Positions 18,742 to 28,870 are shown, numbered from the stretch's first letter. The stretch is DNA of 64,000 nucleotides from Candidatus Thorarchaeota archaeon (GCA_038893995.1 JAWAQK010000005.1:5947-69946), one strand, 5' to 3'. The notes: generated from the sequence alone by a model not told the origin. A program made the numbers and translations.

Positions 18742-19746
18742 TCATGGCATCCTCCGACGTTTCAAATCATTTGATCTGGAAAGTTGAGTGAACAGATTTC
18801 TAAGTCCGTTCTCATTCACTTCTCCAGCACGAAAGACGGTCCTAGTGTGTATGTCAGTGACTGTCAGTTCAGCAGGCTTCGGGGGCCTGCTCTCCCGGAG
18901 ACAGAGTATGGGATGCGATGTCTTGCGAACTTTTTCTGACTCCTCTCCATCATACCTACAGCCATCTGACTCATAGGCCCTCATGAGATCTGCTAGGTCG
19001 GCTGTGCCGTCGGTTCTTAGACTCAGGTATGTCCTGCCACCAAGACAGACACACTTCGCCGCTAGAGACCTCGCCTCCGAATCACTATTTGGAACCGGTG
19101 CTATTACCGACACCCCGTGTGCAGCACGAATCTGCTCGGGTTGAATTCCGAGTCCAGACATTGTCCGAATGCCAAACTCGACTACTCTGGTTGCGTTCAT
19201 CAAGGCACCTGCAGCACTGGCTGAAGGTACAACTGCACAGAAGAGGTTGGACGGTGAGATCCCACATAGGCTGGCGATTTCGCTGGTGATGGTCGCAGTG
19301 GGTGTGTCACGAGTGTCAAGTGCTACCATCCCCAGCTCCGACTCCTCGTGATGTTCGATCCTCGAGTAGACATCAGTTTCGACATTGGCGAGTGCTCGTG
19401 CTGGTCCTGATGCTATCGCTGTGAACCCGCCAATCTTCAGTTGCCAAGAAGCCATCTGCGAACCGAGTGTTGCAGTGCTCGGTCTGTTGACTCCAACAAC
19501 AACTGCAGGGAACCGCATTCCTGCCAAGCATGTGTGTGAGCTTCTGACGACACCAAGACCCCCCATACATGCTTCTGCTATCAGTCTGCCTGCCTCTTCA
19601 CACCCTGGACTATTCAGACCTGCGTCGACTACGGTGCATCCATTCTCTATGATTCTGACATCACACTGTAGGTCATCTGCAATGTCGATTAATCTATTCA
19701 CCATGTCGACAGCATTTGCGTTTAGACTCAGTGACATCGAGTTCAC
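18742..19746 (-). CDS. mch: methenyltetrahydromethanopterin cyclohydrolase
   Basis: NGCTVVDAGLNSPG...EAG...CMGGLG pattern characteristic of Mch; 334 aa. Confidence 0.8.
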   Translation of the reverse strand: MNSMSLSLNANAVDMVNRLIDIADDLQCDVRIIENGCTVVDAGLNSPGCEEAGRLIAEACMGGLGVVRSSHTCLAGMRFPAVVVGVNRPSTATLGSQMASWQLKIGGFTAIASGPARALANVETDVYSRIEHHEESELGMVALDTRDTPTATITSEIASLCGISPSNLFCAVVPSASAAGALMNATRVVEFGIRTMSGLGIQPEQIRAAHGVSVIAPVPNSDSEARSLAAKCVCLGGRTYLSLRTDGTADLADLMRAYESDGCRYDGEESEKVRKTSHPILCLRESRPPKPAELTVTDIHTRTVFRAGEVNENGLRNLFTQLSRSNDLKRRRMP

Positions 19747-20065
19747 TTGCCTGCCTTAGCAGCCCTGGGTGCCGATGTCTGAACCCTGCCGCTCCAACTC
19801 CTAGCGGGCTCAGCTGGACCAGCGACCACATGTCTTGTGTTCTTTCCACTTGTCCTGGTTCAAAGTCTTTCCGATGTACCCAACTCGGTCGACCAATCTC
19901 TGCAGCAGTTTCGAAGTTGGGTGCAGTACCATTCTTCAGCAAAGCAGTCTCCTCTCCAGGCCTGTGGGCCGTTTCTAGACATCCGGAAGACTGAATACCT
20001 CTTTATTGACAACACTGCACTCCGTCCTCAGGATCTGAGGTGCTGGGCAGTCCGATAGATGAAGG

Positions 20066-22396
20066 TTGAGAGTATTGCACCACGAAGGTTCGCTTGAGGT
20101 AGACACGGATGTGGGCCGGGTAAGAGTTTCCGTATTGGACCCCCGAATTGCAAGAATCCAGATATCTCGCGACAACTATCCTGTCTATGAATCATTCTCC
20201 CGGATTCCCTACGGAGTAGAATTCGAGATATCCCGATCTCTTCATGAGAACAGATGGTTTCTCAGGACGAGTGAGTTTGAGATAGCTGTCTCTCTTGGCA
20301 AGTTTGACATTGAACTGACTGATCCCACCGGACGTCTGATACTCAAGACTCTACCCGATAATGGTTTCATCTGGATCGATCAGGGATTTGAATGCAGGAT
20401 GGCCCTGTCCGGAGAAGAACACTTCTATGGTCTGGGTGAGAAGACCGGTCCACTGGACAAGCGTGGTCGCAGATATGAGATGTGGAACACTGACTCTCCT
20501 GGCTACGGGCTTGACAGTGACCCGCTATATCAGAGTGTCCCGTTCCTTCTAGTACTGAATCAGTCTGCGGCATATGGCATCTTCTTGGACAATACTCATC
20601 GAACATTCTTCGACCTTGGGAAGAGTTCTGCAGATTACTACTCCTTTGGCTCCACCGGTGCGCCTGTGGACTACTACATCATTGTCGGGCCCCGTGTTTC
20701 AGATGTGATTGATGGTTATACTCGCATTACCGGGCGACCACACTTCATTCCTCGCTGGGCCCTCGGATACCAACAGTCTAGGTTCATGGAGATCAAGAGC
20801 GAGGATGACATTCTGTCGATTGCTTCTCAACTCCGAAGCAGGGGCATTCCCTGCGACACGATTGTCCTCGACATTGGCTACATGGATGAGTTTCGGATAT
20901 TCACTTGGAATCGACAAGTCTTCCCAGTGCCATCTGATTTCACATCGAGATTGACCCAGATGGGTTTCCGTGTGATGGCCATACTCGATCCAGGTGTAAA
21001 GCTCGAGAACGGGTTTGGTCTGTATGAGGAGGGTGAGTCCAGGGGCATGTTTCTGAAGAACAGCGACGGTTCCACGTATGTTGGGCTTGTCTGGCCCGGG
21101 GAAACCGTCTTCCCCGATTTCTCACGACCTGAAGTCCGGGAATGGTTCAGTCTACATTTTGATTTCTTTCCCCGGAGCGGTCTCAGCTGCAGCGCCTGGA
21201 TAGACATGAACGAGCCTAGCAACTGTATCTACGAGGGGCTGAGAGAGGAGTACTCCATGAAGAACGTCGTCGATGTGGAGGGCAGACCTTGGGAGGAACG
21301 ACTGAGGAATGTCTACGGACTTGGAATGGCAGAGGCTACCTTTCAGGGGCTGAAGCATTTCTACCCCGGCAAGAGACCATTCATCCTCACTCGTTCAGGA
21401 TTCGCCGGCTATCAGAGGTTTGCTGCAACATGGACCGGTGACAACTGTTCCACATGGGAGCATCTGGCGCTGTCGATACCAATGCTTCTCGGTCTGGGGC
21501 TTTCGGGAGTTTCCTTCTGCGGGGCCGATGTCGGGGGGTTCATGGGTGACTGCACTCCCGAACTGCTGGCAAGATGGTACCAGTTGGGGGCGTTCTATCC
21601 CTTTTTCAGGAATCACACGAACATGAATACCGCAAGGCAGGAACCATGGGTCTTTGGTGAGGAGATAGAGCAGATCTCACGTGAGGCTGTCTGTCTTCGC
21701 TATCAGCTGTTACGATATCTGTACTCGCTATCAAGGGAAGCAAGCACCAGTGGCATTCCTGTGATGCGGCCGGTCTTTCTTCATTTCCAGGAGGACGAAC
21801 AGACTCATACACTTGATGATGAGTTCATGGTGGGTCCCTTCCTGCTGGTTGCCCCTGTCTTGAAGGAGGGCGTCAGACATAGGGATGTTTACCTACCTGC
21901 AGGATCATGGTTCGACTATTGGACCGATCTGATGCTTTCCGGACCAGGACGATACACTGTTGACGCCCCCCTGTCTAGGATTCCGATCTTCGTGCGAGGC
22001 GGAGCGGTTCTGACGGTGGGAGATGTGGTCCAGACTGCCGATGAGTCTCAGGGTAATTTGACCCTCCTGATCTATCCTCATGGAGATGGTGACCATGTTC
22101 TATTCGAGGACGACGGCATTTCTGATGGTGGGCCCTTCGCGACCACACGTTTCCAGGTCCACTCTGGTAATGGCTGGCTGGACCTGATGGTAGAGTCAAG
22201 ACAGGGTTCCTACCCTATTCCGGACCGGCAACTATCGATAGAGTTTAGGGGCATCAACGGTGATCCTGTGAGTCTTGAGTATGACGATGAAGAACGACTC
22301 CATCACCTGGTCCGACTGTCGGAGACCCGGTTCAGATTCACAGTCAAGGATGACGGGCATGACCATGTGCTTCATTTCAAATGGACCCGACCATGA
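20066..22396 (+). CDS. glycoside hydrolase family 31 alpha-glucosidase
   Basis: catalytic WIDMNEP nucleophile region, GH31 (D/E)xxW motifs; 776 aa. Confidence 0.9.
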   Translation: MRVLHHEGSLEVDTDVGRVRVSVLDPRIARIQISRDNYPVYESFSRIPYGVEFEISRSLHENRWFLRTSEFEIAVSLGKFDIELTDPTGRLILKTLPDNGFIWIDQGFECRMALSGEEHFYGLGEKTGPLDKRGRRYEMWNTDSPGYGLDSDPLYQSVPFLLVLNQSAAYGIFLDNTHRTFFDLGKSSADYYSFGSTGAPVDYYIIVGPRVSDVIDGYTRITGRPHFIPRWALGYQQSRFMEIKSEDDILSIASQLRSRGIPCDTIVLDIGYMDEFRIFTWNRQVFPVPSDFTSRLTQMGFRVMAILDPGVKLENGFGLYEEGESRGMFLKNSDGSTYVGLVWPGETVFPDFSRPEVREWFSLHFDFFPRSGLSCSAWIDMNEPSNCIYEGLREEYSMKNVVDVEGRPWEERLRNVYGLGMAEATFQGLKHFYPGKRPFILTRSGFAGYQRFAATWTGDNCSTWEHLALSIPMLLGLGLSGVSFCGADVGGFMGDCTPELLARWYQLGAFYPFFRNHTNMNTARQEPWVFGEEIEQISREAVCLRYQLLRYLYSLSREASTSGIPVMRPVFLHFQEDEQTHTLDDEFMVGPFLLVAPVLKEGVRHRDVYLPAGSWFDYWTDLMLSGPGRYTVDAPLSRIPIFVRGGAVLTVGDVVQTADESQGNLTLLIYPHGDGDHVLFEDDGISDGGPFATTRFQVHSGNGWLDLMVESRQGSYPIPDRQLSIEFRGINGDPVSLEYDDEERLHHLVRLSETRFRFTVKDDGHDHVLHFKWTRP

Positions 22397-22441
22397 TTGT
22401 CCAATACTCTTAAATCTCATCCCTTAAAGAAAAGCCTCGAA

Positions 22442-22547
22442 GGGTCGGTGGTCTAGCTTGGCATGATTCTTGGTTTGGGTATCAATGACGCTCGTCATTG
22501 ATCGAAACTCCAAGAGGTCACCGGTTCAAATCCGGTCCGGCCCACCA
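22442..22547 (+). tRNA. tRNA-Pro (anticodon UGG) with a 29-nt intron after position 37, CCA encoded
   Basis: acceptor GGGTCGG/CCGGCCC; anticodon stem CTTGG/CCAAG; loop TTTGGG then hairpin intron TATCAATGACGCTCGTCATTGATCGAAAC; T-loop TTCAAAT. Confidence 0.8.
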
Positions 22548-22642
22548 ACCTCTTCTTGGCCTGTATACTGTTCTACTGAACGCACTCGTTCCGTACGCTA
22601 CCCCTAATGACTGCTGGTCTATAGTGCCGCATCTGCGTCAGA

Positions 22643-23128
22643 TTGCAATTTACCAACGTGAAAGCATATATGATAGTCCCACCAGTTCCGGCCGTACCGG
22701 ATGGCGGTGTGAAGGCGATGCCCCCTAAGGACATGAATATCATCGTGTTCGGCTGCATGCAATGCATGTATGCAGCTGCAGATCTTGCTGGCACAATGAA
22801 GTACCAGTATGACGTTTCTAGCCGGATCATCAGAATGCCCTGCACTGCCCGATTGGACATCAGTTTCATCCTGAAGGCGCTGCAGGAAGGTGCAGATGGA
22901 GTCCTTGTTATCGGATGTCATCCCGGTGACTGCGCCTACAAGACGGGGAACCTTGGAGCAGAGCGACGTGTGCGATTTGCCAGAAGACTGATCTCCCAGT
23001 TGGGAATCAATGAAAATCGTGTCAAGATGGTCTTTGTCAGTGCAGCAGAGGGCGACAAGCTTGCCCATGAGATAAACGTATTTGCAGAGGAGATTCGACG
23101 AATCGGGCCCAATCCTCTTCGGCTATGA
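22643..23128 (+). CDS. MvhD/FlpD-like hydrogenase-associated iron-sulfur protein
   Basis: IVFGCMQCMYAAADLAG...RIIRMPCTARLD...GCHPGDCAYKTGN...AERRV matches the MvhD/FlpD domain; exact start uncertain (several in-frame Met). Confidence 0.7.
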   Translation: MQFTNVKAYMIVPPVPAVPDGGVKAMPPKDMNIIVFGCMQCMYAAADLAGTMKYQYDVSSRIIRMPCTARLDISFILKALQEGADGVLVIGCHPGDCAYKTGNLGAERRVRFARRLISQLGINENRVKMVFVSAAEGDKLAHEINVFAEEIRRIGPNPLRL

Positions 23129-23343
23129 TTGAACCCTCTTGTTTAGTCGATCCGCCGACACTCTGCGGGTGGTGTCTACGACCTAATCGGGCGTCTAGAA
23201 CATTTGAATTCACGAAGTCGAAGATGTCCTAGTCGTCCTAGGGGCATTGGTCATATTACCTGTGTTATCCATCAGTGCCACAACAGAAACTCATATGCCC
23301 CACAGAACAAAAGAGTCATGAGATTGTTTAGTATGTCGAGGGG

Positions 23344-24192
23344 GTGGGTTTGGTGAAGGACGAACGCAAGGCCACAAGGGAGCGGATACACCCAAGAACA
23401 ACATTGAGAGATAGGGTCCGCGCAGGATTGATGGGCAGTGGGTTATGCCTCACAGCATTTGACGAGTTAGAAAACGACATCGAAGTCCAGACGATCCTTG
23501 AGGACACCAACCGAATGGCCATTGATAGGCTCGGGTACTCAGATCATGGACATGTTCATTCACTAATAGTAGTCAAGAATGCAATGGAACTTTTCGATCT
23601 CCTGACAACATCACTCGAGCCAACGATCGTCAAGGAGGGCACTGGAACCCTGGAGGATGCCCGCCTGATAGTCTTGTTGGCCGGTTATCTGCATGACATA
23701 GGCATGAGCGTTCATAGAGAGGGACACAATCAATACTCGGTAACACTTGCATGTCCCATTATTGACAGAATACTCACAAAGGTCTATCCTGACGACCGAC
23801 ATAAACAAGTCCACATTCGTGGACACATACTTCATGCGATACTGTGTCACGATAAGGCAACTCGGCCCAGTACTGTCGAGGCCGGAATCGTTGGCATCTC
23901 AGATGCCTTGGACATGACATCAGGCCGTGCCAGGATTCCGTTCAAGGCAGGAAGCATAAACATTCATTCAGCCTCTGCTATGGCGATAGAAGAGGTCAAG
24001 ATCTCCAGAGGGCTGGAGCGTGCCGTCCGAATCGAGGTGTCAATGAGTAACGCATCCGGGATATTTCAGATACAGGAACTTCTCGAGAAGAAGATCCGCA
24101 GCGCCTCTCTCATCACTGACCACATTGAGCTCTATGCTGTGATGACCCCAAAGGAATCGCGGATACTCGACAAGAGCATCCGCATTCTCTAA
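23344..24192 (+). CDS. HD-domain metal-dependent phosphohydrolase
   Basis: H...HD motif (HVHSL...YLHDIGM) and downstream His/Asp ligands. Confidence 0.75.
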   Translation: MGLVKDERKATRERIHPRTTLRDRVRAGLMGSGLCLTAFDELENDIEVQTILEDTNRMAIDRLGYSDHGHVHSLIVVKNAMELFDLLTTSLEPTIVKEGTGTLEDARLIVLLAGYLHDIGMSVHREGHNQYSVTLACPIIDRILTKVYPDDRHKQVHIRGHILHAILCHDKATRPSTVEAGIVGISDALDMTSGRARIPFKAGSINIHSASAMAIEEVKISRGLERAVRIEVSMSNASGIFQIQELLEKKIRSASLITDHIELYAVMTPKESRILDKSIRIL

Positions 24193-24264
24193 GACTCAAT
24201 CGTACTGGTTATATGTGTCCCGCAAGACTTGACATATCGCTCGGAACCCCAAGGGGGCCTCTGC

Positions 24265-24693
24265 ATGAAACTTGACGAAGTTGATGCGAGGATTCTGAAG
24301 ATCCTGCGACAGGATGCCCGACGTCCCTACTCCGAGATAGCTCGAGAAGTGGGTAGAACAGAGGTCACAGTTCGGAGGAGAATCAGAAACCTTGTGAAGG
24401 AGGGCATCATCAAGAGATTCACGGTGGTCGTCGATCGAAAGAAGATTGGCATGACAGTGTCTGCAATGGTCCGTGTCAAGACTGCAATGAGTGAGGCCAC
24501 AGCGATTGCAGAGAGGGTGCGTGACTATGAGGAGGTGGATGAAGCCTGCTATCTTGACGGGCCCTGTGGCATCCTACTGCGAGTCACAGTTGGAAGTCTT
24601 AACGAGCTGCGCGAGTTCATAGAAAAGAAGCTGGGACAGATAGAAGAGGTCGAAACATGCATTGTCCTCGATACCGTCAAGTCATCAGCATGA
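24265..24693 (+). CDS. Lrp/AsnC-family transcriptional regulator
   Basis: HTH LDEVDARILKILRQDARRPYSEIAREVG plus RAM domain; ORF opens at 24229 but ATG 24265 is the likely start. Confidence 0.85.
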   Translation: MKLDEVDARILKILRQDARRPYSEIAREVGRTEVTVRRRIRNLVKEGIIKRFTVVVDRKKIGMTVSAMVRVKTAMSEATAIAERVRDYEEVDEACYLDGPCGILLRVTVGSLNELREFIEKKLGQIEEVETCIVLDTVKSSA

Positions 24694-24703
24694 TCGTAAT
24701 TGT

Positions 24704-25126
24704 GTGCTGATATCTCAAGAGAATGTCGATCTACTGATTGAGCATGCAGAGGACTGTCTTCCTTTCGAGGCGGTTGCGTTCCTCCTAGGGAGGTTCGGGA
24801 AGCACATAGAGGTTTCGAGAATCGTCATCATGACAAATCGGGCCAAGTCACCAACAGAATTCAGCGTATCCCCAGAGGACGAGTATCGGGTGTTCTTGCA
24901 AGCAGAAGCAGCAGGCGATCTTGTTATCGGGATATTTCATTCACACCCTGCTCCTCCTGAACCATCTAGTGTAGACCTGGAGAACATGAAACTCAACAGG
25001 GTTGTATGGATGATTGCGTCGAAAGTTTCTGGCAAATGGGAGCTTAGCGCTTATCTGATGTCGGACCATATTGCGAAACGGATCCCCCTTGTCATCTCCT
25101 CGGACTGCGCCGCAGCAGGCCCTTGA
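24704..25126 (+). CDS. JAB1/MPN/Mov34 (JAMM) metalloprotease
   Basis: JAMM motif E...HSHPAPPEPSSVD; GTG start just after the Lrp stop (ORF track opens at TTG 24662, overlapping Lrp). Confidence 0.75.
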   Translation: MLISQENVDLLIEHAEDCLPFEAVAFLLGRFGKHIEVSRIVIMTNRAKSPTEFSVSPEDEYRVFLQAEAAGDLVIGIFHSHPAPPEPSSVDLENMKLNRVVWMIASKVSGKWELSAYLMSDHIAKRIPLVISSDCAAAGP

Positions 25127-25451
25127 TTGTTCCCGATGTACGTTTCGGGTCTAAGGAAACCTCACAACCATTGATCTCAGAAAGCGCACTCATCGCCGTC
25201 AATACATTGTCTACTACGGATGAATTGCACTGAATGATACACACCCCTGTCGACTCATCATAGGAGTCAATGAAGAATCTAGACATTGCGACTGTCAGCT
25301 CACCATAAAGGCTGAGTATGCTCTGAATTATTGCGTTTCCTATCTTCTTCTCTGTTATCTGTGTCCCATCCGTATGGACCATGACGAGCACATGGCGCTT
25401 TCTATATGTTCTCACAGTCCGACCTCTCTCAACACTAGTCTTAGGCATCAC
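25092..25451 (-). CDS. rnp2: ribonuclease P protein component 2 (Pop5/Rnp2)
   Basis: ~119 aa, RKRHVLV...alpha/beta pattern; position downstream of Rpp30 as in the conserved archaeal operon. Confidence 0.6.
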   Translation of the reverse strand: MMPKTSVERGRTVRTYRKRHVLVMVHTDGTQITEKKIGNAIIQSILSLYGELTVAMSRFFIDSYDESTGVCIIQCNSSVVDNVLTAMSALSEINGCEVSLDPKRTSGTIKGLLRRSPRR

Positions 25452-26053
25452 AGGTGTCTATCTAGGTTACGCCTAACGGTTTCGTTGGGTAGTTCGTCCA
25501 CTGCACATTGCAATAGTTCCTCGTCTGAACTCAGAAGTTTCCCGATGAACCTCAGTGCTGCCGATGATCTCATTTGAGTTGGCGTACTTGCGTTACTAGA
25601 TATCACCGGCTTCATGCCCACCTCCACTGCAGTTTCGAGGTTACTCCTTAGAGTCTTCAGGATCCTTGACCGCTCAAGCCCTGTCGTCTTTAAAAGAGGC
25701 TGTATCTGGATCTCAAGTAACTTATCATTGTCAGCGGCCAGTCTGGCTACTGGTCTATGCATGATACACTCGCGAGCGTATGGATCCACGGTAATCAGGT
25801 CCACATTTGGATCCGTCGCGGCCCATGCTACTGTCTGGCGGGTTCCGAGAGCTATTGCAACAACTACTGACCGTTCTCGAGCACGCCTGGCTTGGACTCG
25901 GAGCTCGTCAATGCTTCTCAGTTGTAGATTTGTTCGTGCATACACGCTGACATTATCGCGAAACGTGATAGGCGTGTCGAGTGGACATGTTGTGGCAAAT
26001 CCACTAATTCGCAGGGATCTGGCCATCAATGTGAACCTGTCCAACAAGTCCAT
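25448..26053 (-). CDS. rnp3: ribonuclease P protein component 3 (Rpp30/Rnp3), TIM-barrel
   Basis: Rpp30-like barrel; ORF extends to 26179 and overlaps the upstream gene by 110 nt, so the internal Met at 26053 is preferred. Confidence 0.5.
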   Translation of the reverse strand: MDLLDRFTLMARSLRISGFATTCPLDTPITFRDNVSVYARTNLQLRSIDELRVQARRARERSVVVAIALGTRQTVAWAATDPNVDLITVDPYARECIMHRPVARLAADNDKLLEIQIQPLLKTTGLERSRILKTLRSNLETAVEVGMKPVISSNASTPTQMRSSAALRFIGKLLSSDEELLQCAVDELPNETVRRNLDRHL

Positions 26054-26069
26054 GCTTTCAATCCTCACA

Positions 26070-26594
26070 CTAAGGTCGACTAGTCCCAACCCACTCCCTC
26101 CTCTGACGTGAATCGAGGATGAATTCTCTGATGTCAGAAACTGAGCATCGGGGGAAGTTTCTGAAGTGCACACTGACACTGATCACATCTGGTCCATGTG
26201 CCAGCCGGATCTGACCCATGTATGCATGCTGTTTCTCAATGCGGAGATAGAGCCGACAGACTTCGTCAACTCTCTCCTTCAGTGTTTCTAGGATCCGATC
26301 TACATCTTCCTGTTGCAAGGCCTGCATTAGGTACGAAAAGGTCCTCTTACAGTCTTCCCTGCCCTTCAACACCATTGTGAGTACCAATATCACGTTCTGG
26401 TACTGGCCCTCGGCCCTTTTCGTTGTCACAGTGGCCTCTGGTCTGAGCTCCTCTGGCAATATAGCCAGCAGCGATGCATGAACTCTGGATGGGACCTCAG
26501 TTGCACGCGAGTATGCACGAGCCTCGATCCTCTCAATGAAGAGCATCTTTGAGCCCCTAATGGTTCTACTTGCCTCTATTACGTCGCGCGGCAA
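26070..26594 (-). CDS. hypothetical protein between L15e and Rpp30
   Basis: 174-aa ORF with operon-consistent placement; no motif recognised. Confidence 0.4.
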   Translation of the reverse strand: MPRDVIEASRTIRGSKMLFIERIEARAYSRATEVPSRVHASLLAILPEELRPEATVTTKRAEGQYQNVILVLTMVLKGREDCKRTFSYLMQALQQEDVDRILETLKERVDEVCRLYLRIEKQHAYMGQIRLAHGPDVISVSVHFRNFPRCSVSDIREFILDSRQRREWVGTSRP

Positions 26595-27147
26595 GAGATG
26601 GTCTTAGCTTCTCAGCTCCCGTGCCTCTATTATCAAGCCCACGGCTCTTCTTGCCAGCAGAAGTAAGGCCTCTGTTCTCACGTCCCCTATGAACAGGGTC
26701 ACATATCCAATTGATGTGTGGGTCGTTGTATATGGATGGGTGATTCGGATCGACCATTATGACCTCGTAGAATATCCACTTGTGGTCTTGCCCAACCCAG
26801 TATGAGTTGAGCACTCTCAGATTGGGATACTTTCTTCCCGCGCGCTCCTCTGCAATCCATTGTCTTGACTTCTTGGGTGTGTATTTGCTGACACCCAGAC
26901 TTCTGGGTTTTCTGCCAGCATCCGGACGGATCTTCTCTCTTGGTCCTCTACCAGTCCTCACACGCACAACTATGTATCCCTGCTTTGCCTTGTACCCGAG
27001 AGCGCGTGCGCGGGCAAGCCTCGTCGGTTTCTCGAGTCGGACAATGCTCTGCTGCTTTCTCCAAACTATCAACCTGCTCCGGACCAGTTCGGTCCGCTCC
27101 TTCTGTTCAGCTAGCCAGGACTTATCCATGTACTTGTATGCAGACAT
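26566..27147 (-). CDS. rpl15e: 50S ribosomal protein L15e
   Basis: MSAYKYM...RKQQS...GYKAKQGYIVVRVRVRRG signature. Confidence 0.9.
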   Translation of the reverse strand: MSAYKYMDKSWLAEQKERTELVRSRLIVWRKQQSIVRLEKPTRLARARALGYKAKQGYIVVRVRTGRGPREKIRPDAGRKPRSLGVSKYTPKKSRQWIAEERAGRKYPNLRVLNSYWVGQDHKWIFYEVIMVDPNHPSIYNDPHINWICDPVHRGRENRGLTSAGKKSRGLDNRGTGAEKLRPSLAARRNRGK

Positions 27148-27317
27148 TTCACTACACTTTCCTTTGTGGAATTCATTCCCTTGTTCTGGTTCAGCCAGAC
27201 ATGGCTACATCCCACGGACTTGTCCGCCATCACAAAGGAATCAGCTCAGACATTACCGTCCTTGGAGCTATACTGCTCGTTGAGTAGTCTACTTAAAGAC
27301 GTAACGATTCGCATCAC

Positions 27318-28235
27318 CTATTTCGACTTGAACTCATTGATGACCTTCTCTGCCGCAAGGTCTCCAACTCTTTCTTGCGCCTCCTCAGTGGATGAAGCCA
27401 GATGCGGTGTCGCAACCACCTTTGGATGCTTGGCAAGAGACCAGTCCGTTGGAGGCTCCTGCTCAAAGACGTCGAGTCCTGCTCCAGCTATGGTCCCCTC
27501 ATCGAGGGCCTTGAGAAGCGCAGCCTCATCTATGATCCCTCCCCTGGCGGTGTTGATTATGTATGCGGTCTTTTTCATCCGCCTCAACTCTTTCTCGCCA
27601 ATCATGTTCTTCGTTTCTGGTAACAGAGGTACGTGAACCGTGATGAAGTCTGATTTCTCAAGGATCTCATTCAGGGATGCGGAGGTTATGCCGAGTTTCT
27701 TGCATTTCTCTTTCACATCGATCACGTCGTAGGCAAGTACCATCATTCCAAACGCAGTCGCCCTCTTTGCAACCTCGACCCCTATGCGTCCCAGGCCAAT
27801 CACTCCCAATGTTTTCTGCCACAGTTCGACTCCGGACAGACTTTTCTTCTCCCACTGTTGTGCTTTCATCAGTGAGTCTGCTCGTGTCAGTCCCCTGGCA
27901 AGTGCCAACATATGTGCGAATACCATTTCTGCGACAGATACCGTGGGTGCCTCTGGTGTGTTGAGGACCTTTATTCCCCTGGCCTCTGCTGCCTTCTGGT
28001 CGACGTTGTCGAGGCCAACACCAGCACGTACGATCAGTTTCAGCCTGTCAGCTGCCTCGATCACCTTGCTAGTCACCTTTGTGGCACTTCTGACAAGTAT
28101 GCAGTCGAATCCCTTGATCTGTTGTTCAACTGGCCCGTCGACATCCTTGTTTCTGACGACGACCTCGAGGCCTGCATTCTCCATTCTCTTCTTAGCAGAC
28201 TCGGCTATTGGATCAGCTACCAGCACACGAACCAT
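27318..28235 (-). CDS. D-isomer-specific 2-hydroxyacid dehydrogenase (phosphoglycerate dehydrogenase-like)
   Basis: NAD Rossmann GxGxxG (GLGRIG), catalytic R/E/H triad positions. Confidence 0.85.
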   Translation of the reverse strand: MVRVLVADPIAESAKKRMENAGLEVVVRNKDVDGPVEQQIKGFDCILVRSATKVTSKVIEAADRLKLIVRAGVGLDNVDQKAAEARGIKVLNTPEAPTVSVAEMVFAHMLALARGLTRADSLMKAQQWEKKSLSGVELWQKTLGVIGLGRIGVEVAKRATAFGMMVLAYDVIDVKEKCKKLGITSASLNEILEKSDFITVHVPLLPETKNMIGEKELRRMKKTAYIINTARGGIIDEAALLKALDEGTIAGAGLDVFEQEPPTDWSLAKHPKVVATPHLASSTEEAQERVGDLAAEKVINEFKSK

Positions 28236-28331
28236 TGGAATACCTCCTTACGAACGAGCGCCAGGCGGTGGAATGTCAGTCTTAAACTTGGCGGGCGAAC
28301 ATTGAAATCTGACGCTGTGCCGGATAACCCT

Positions 28332-28868
28332 ATGAAGAAGCAAATAGAACCAACTACAGCTGTAGTGCCCTGTCCAGTCGTTCTGCTCAGCGTGGGCAAT
28401 GGAACCGATGCAAATGTTTTGACGGTCTCGTGGATCGCCAATGTCTGCAGCGATCCTCCTACCGTTGCTGTCGGGATTCGACCTACGAGATATAGCCATA
28501 CTCTACTCAAGCAGAGCAATGACTTTGTCCTGAACATCCCGTCGGTCAACATGATTGAAGCAGTCGTGAGATGCGGCTCAGTCTCAGGTCGTGAACACGA
28601 CAAGTTCGCAGAGTGCAGTCTCACGGCTACGCCATCATCCGCAGTCAGAAGTCCCGCAATCCAAGAGTGTCCAATACACATAGAGTGCAAGGTCCGGAAT
28701 GTCATTCCGCTGGGTTCTCATGACCTATTTCTGGGGGGGGTTGTTTCTGTCAGTGTAGATCCTGATGTGCTTGATAGCAATGGCCGCCTCGATGTATCAG
28801 CAGCTTCCCTGTTGACCTATGTTCCTCTTGCAGGTGAATACTGGAGTCTACGTGGCAGGGTTCGTTGA
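28332..28868 (+). CDS. flavin reductase-like FMN-binding split-barrel protein
   Basis: flavin-reductase-like domain; ORF opens at 27912 inside the convergent gene, ATG 28332 is the likely start; contains a G8 homopolymer at 28733-28740. Confidence 0.7.
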   Translation: MKKQIEPTTAVVPCPVVLLSVGNGTDANVLTVSWIANVCSDPPTVAVGIRPTRYSHTLLKQSNDFVLNIPSVNMIEAVVRCGSVSGREHDKFAECSLTATPSSAVRSPAIQECPIHIECKVRNVIPLGSHDLFLGGVVSVSVDPDVLDSNGRLDVSAASLLTYVPLAGEYWSLRGRVR

Positions 28869-28870
28869 GC

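Noticed and set aside
28733-28740. G8 homopolymer inside the flavin reductase gene and several C7 tracts (3983, 13711, 42874)
   Set aside because: Short homopolymers in a 50% GC genome are within expectation, and there is no evidence of phase-variable gene design.
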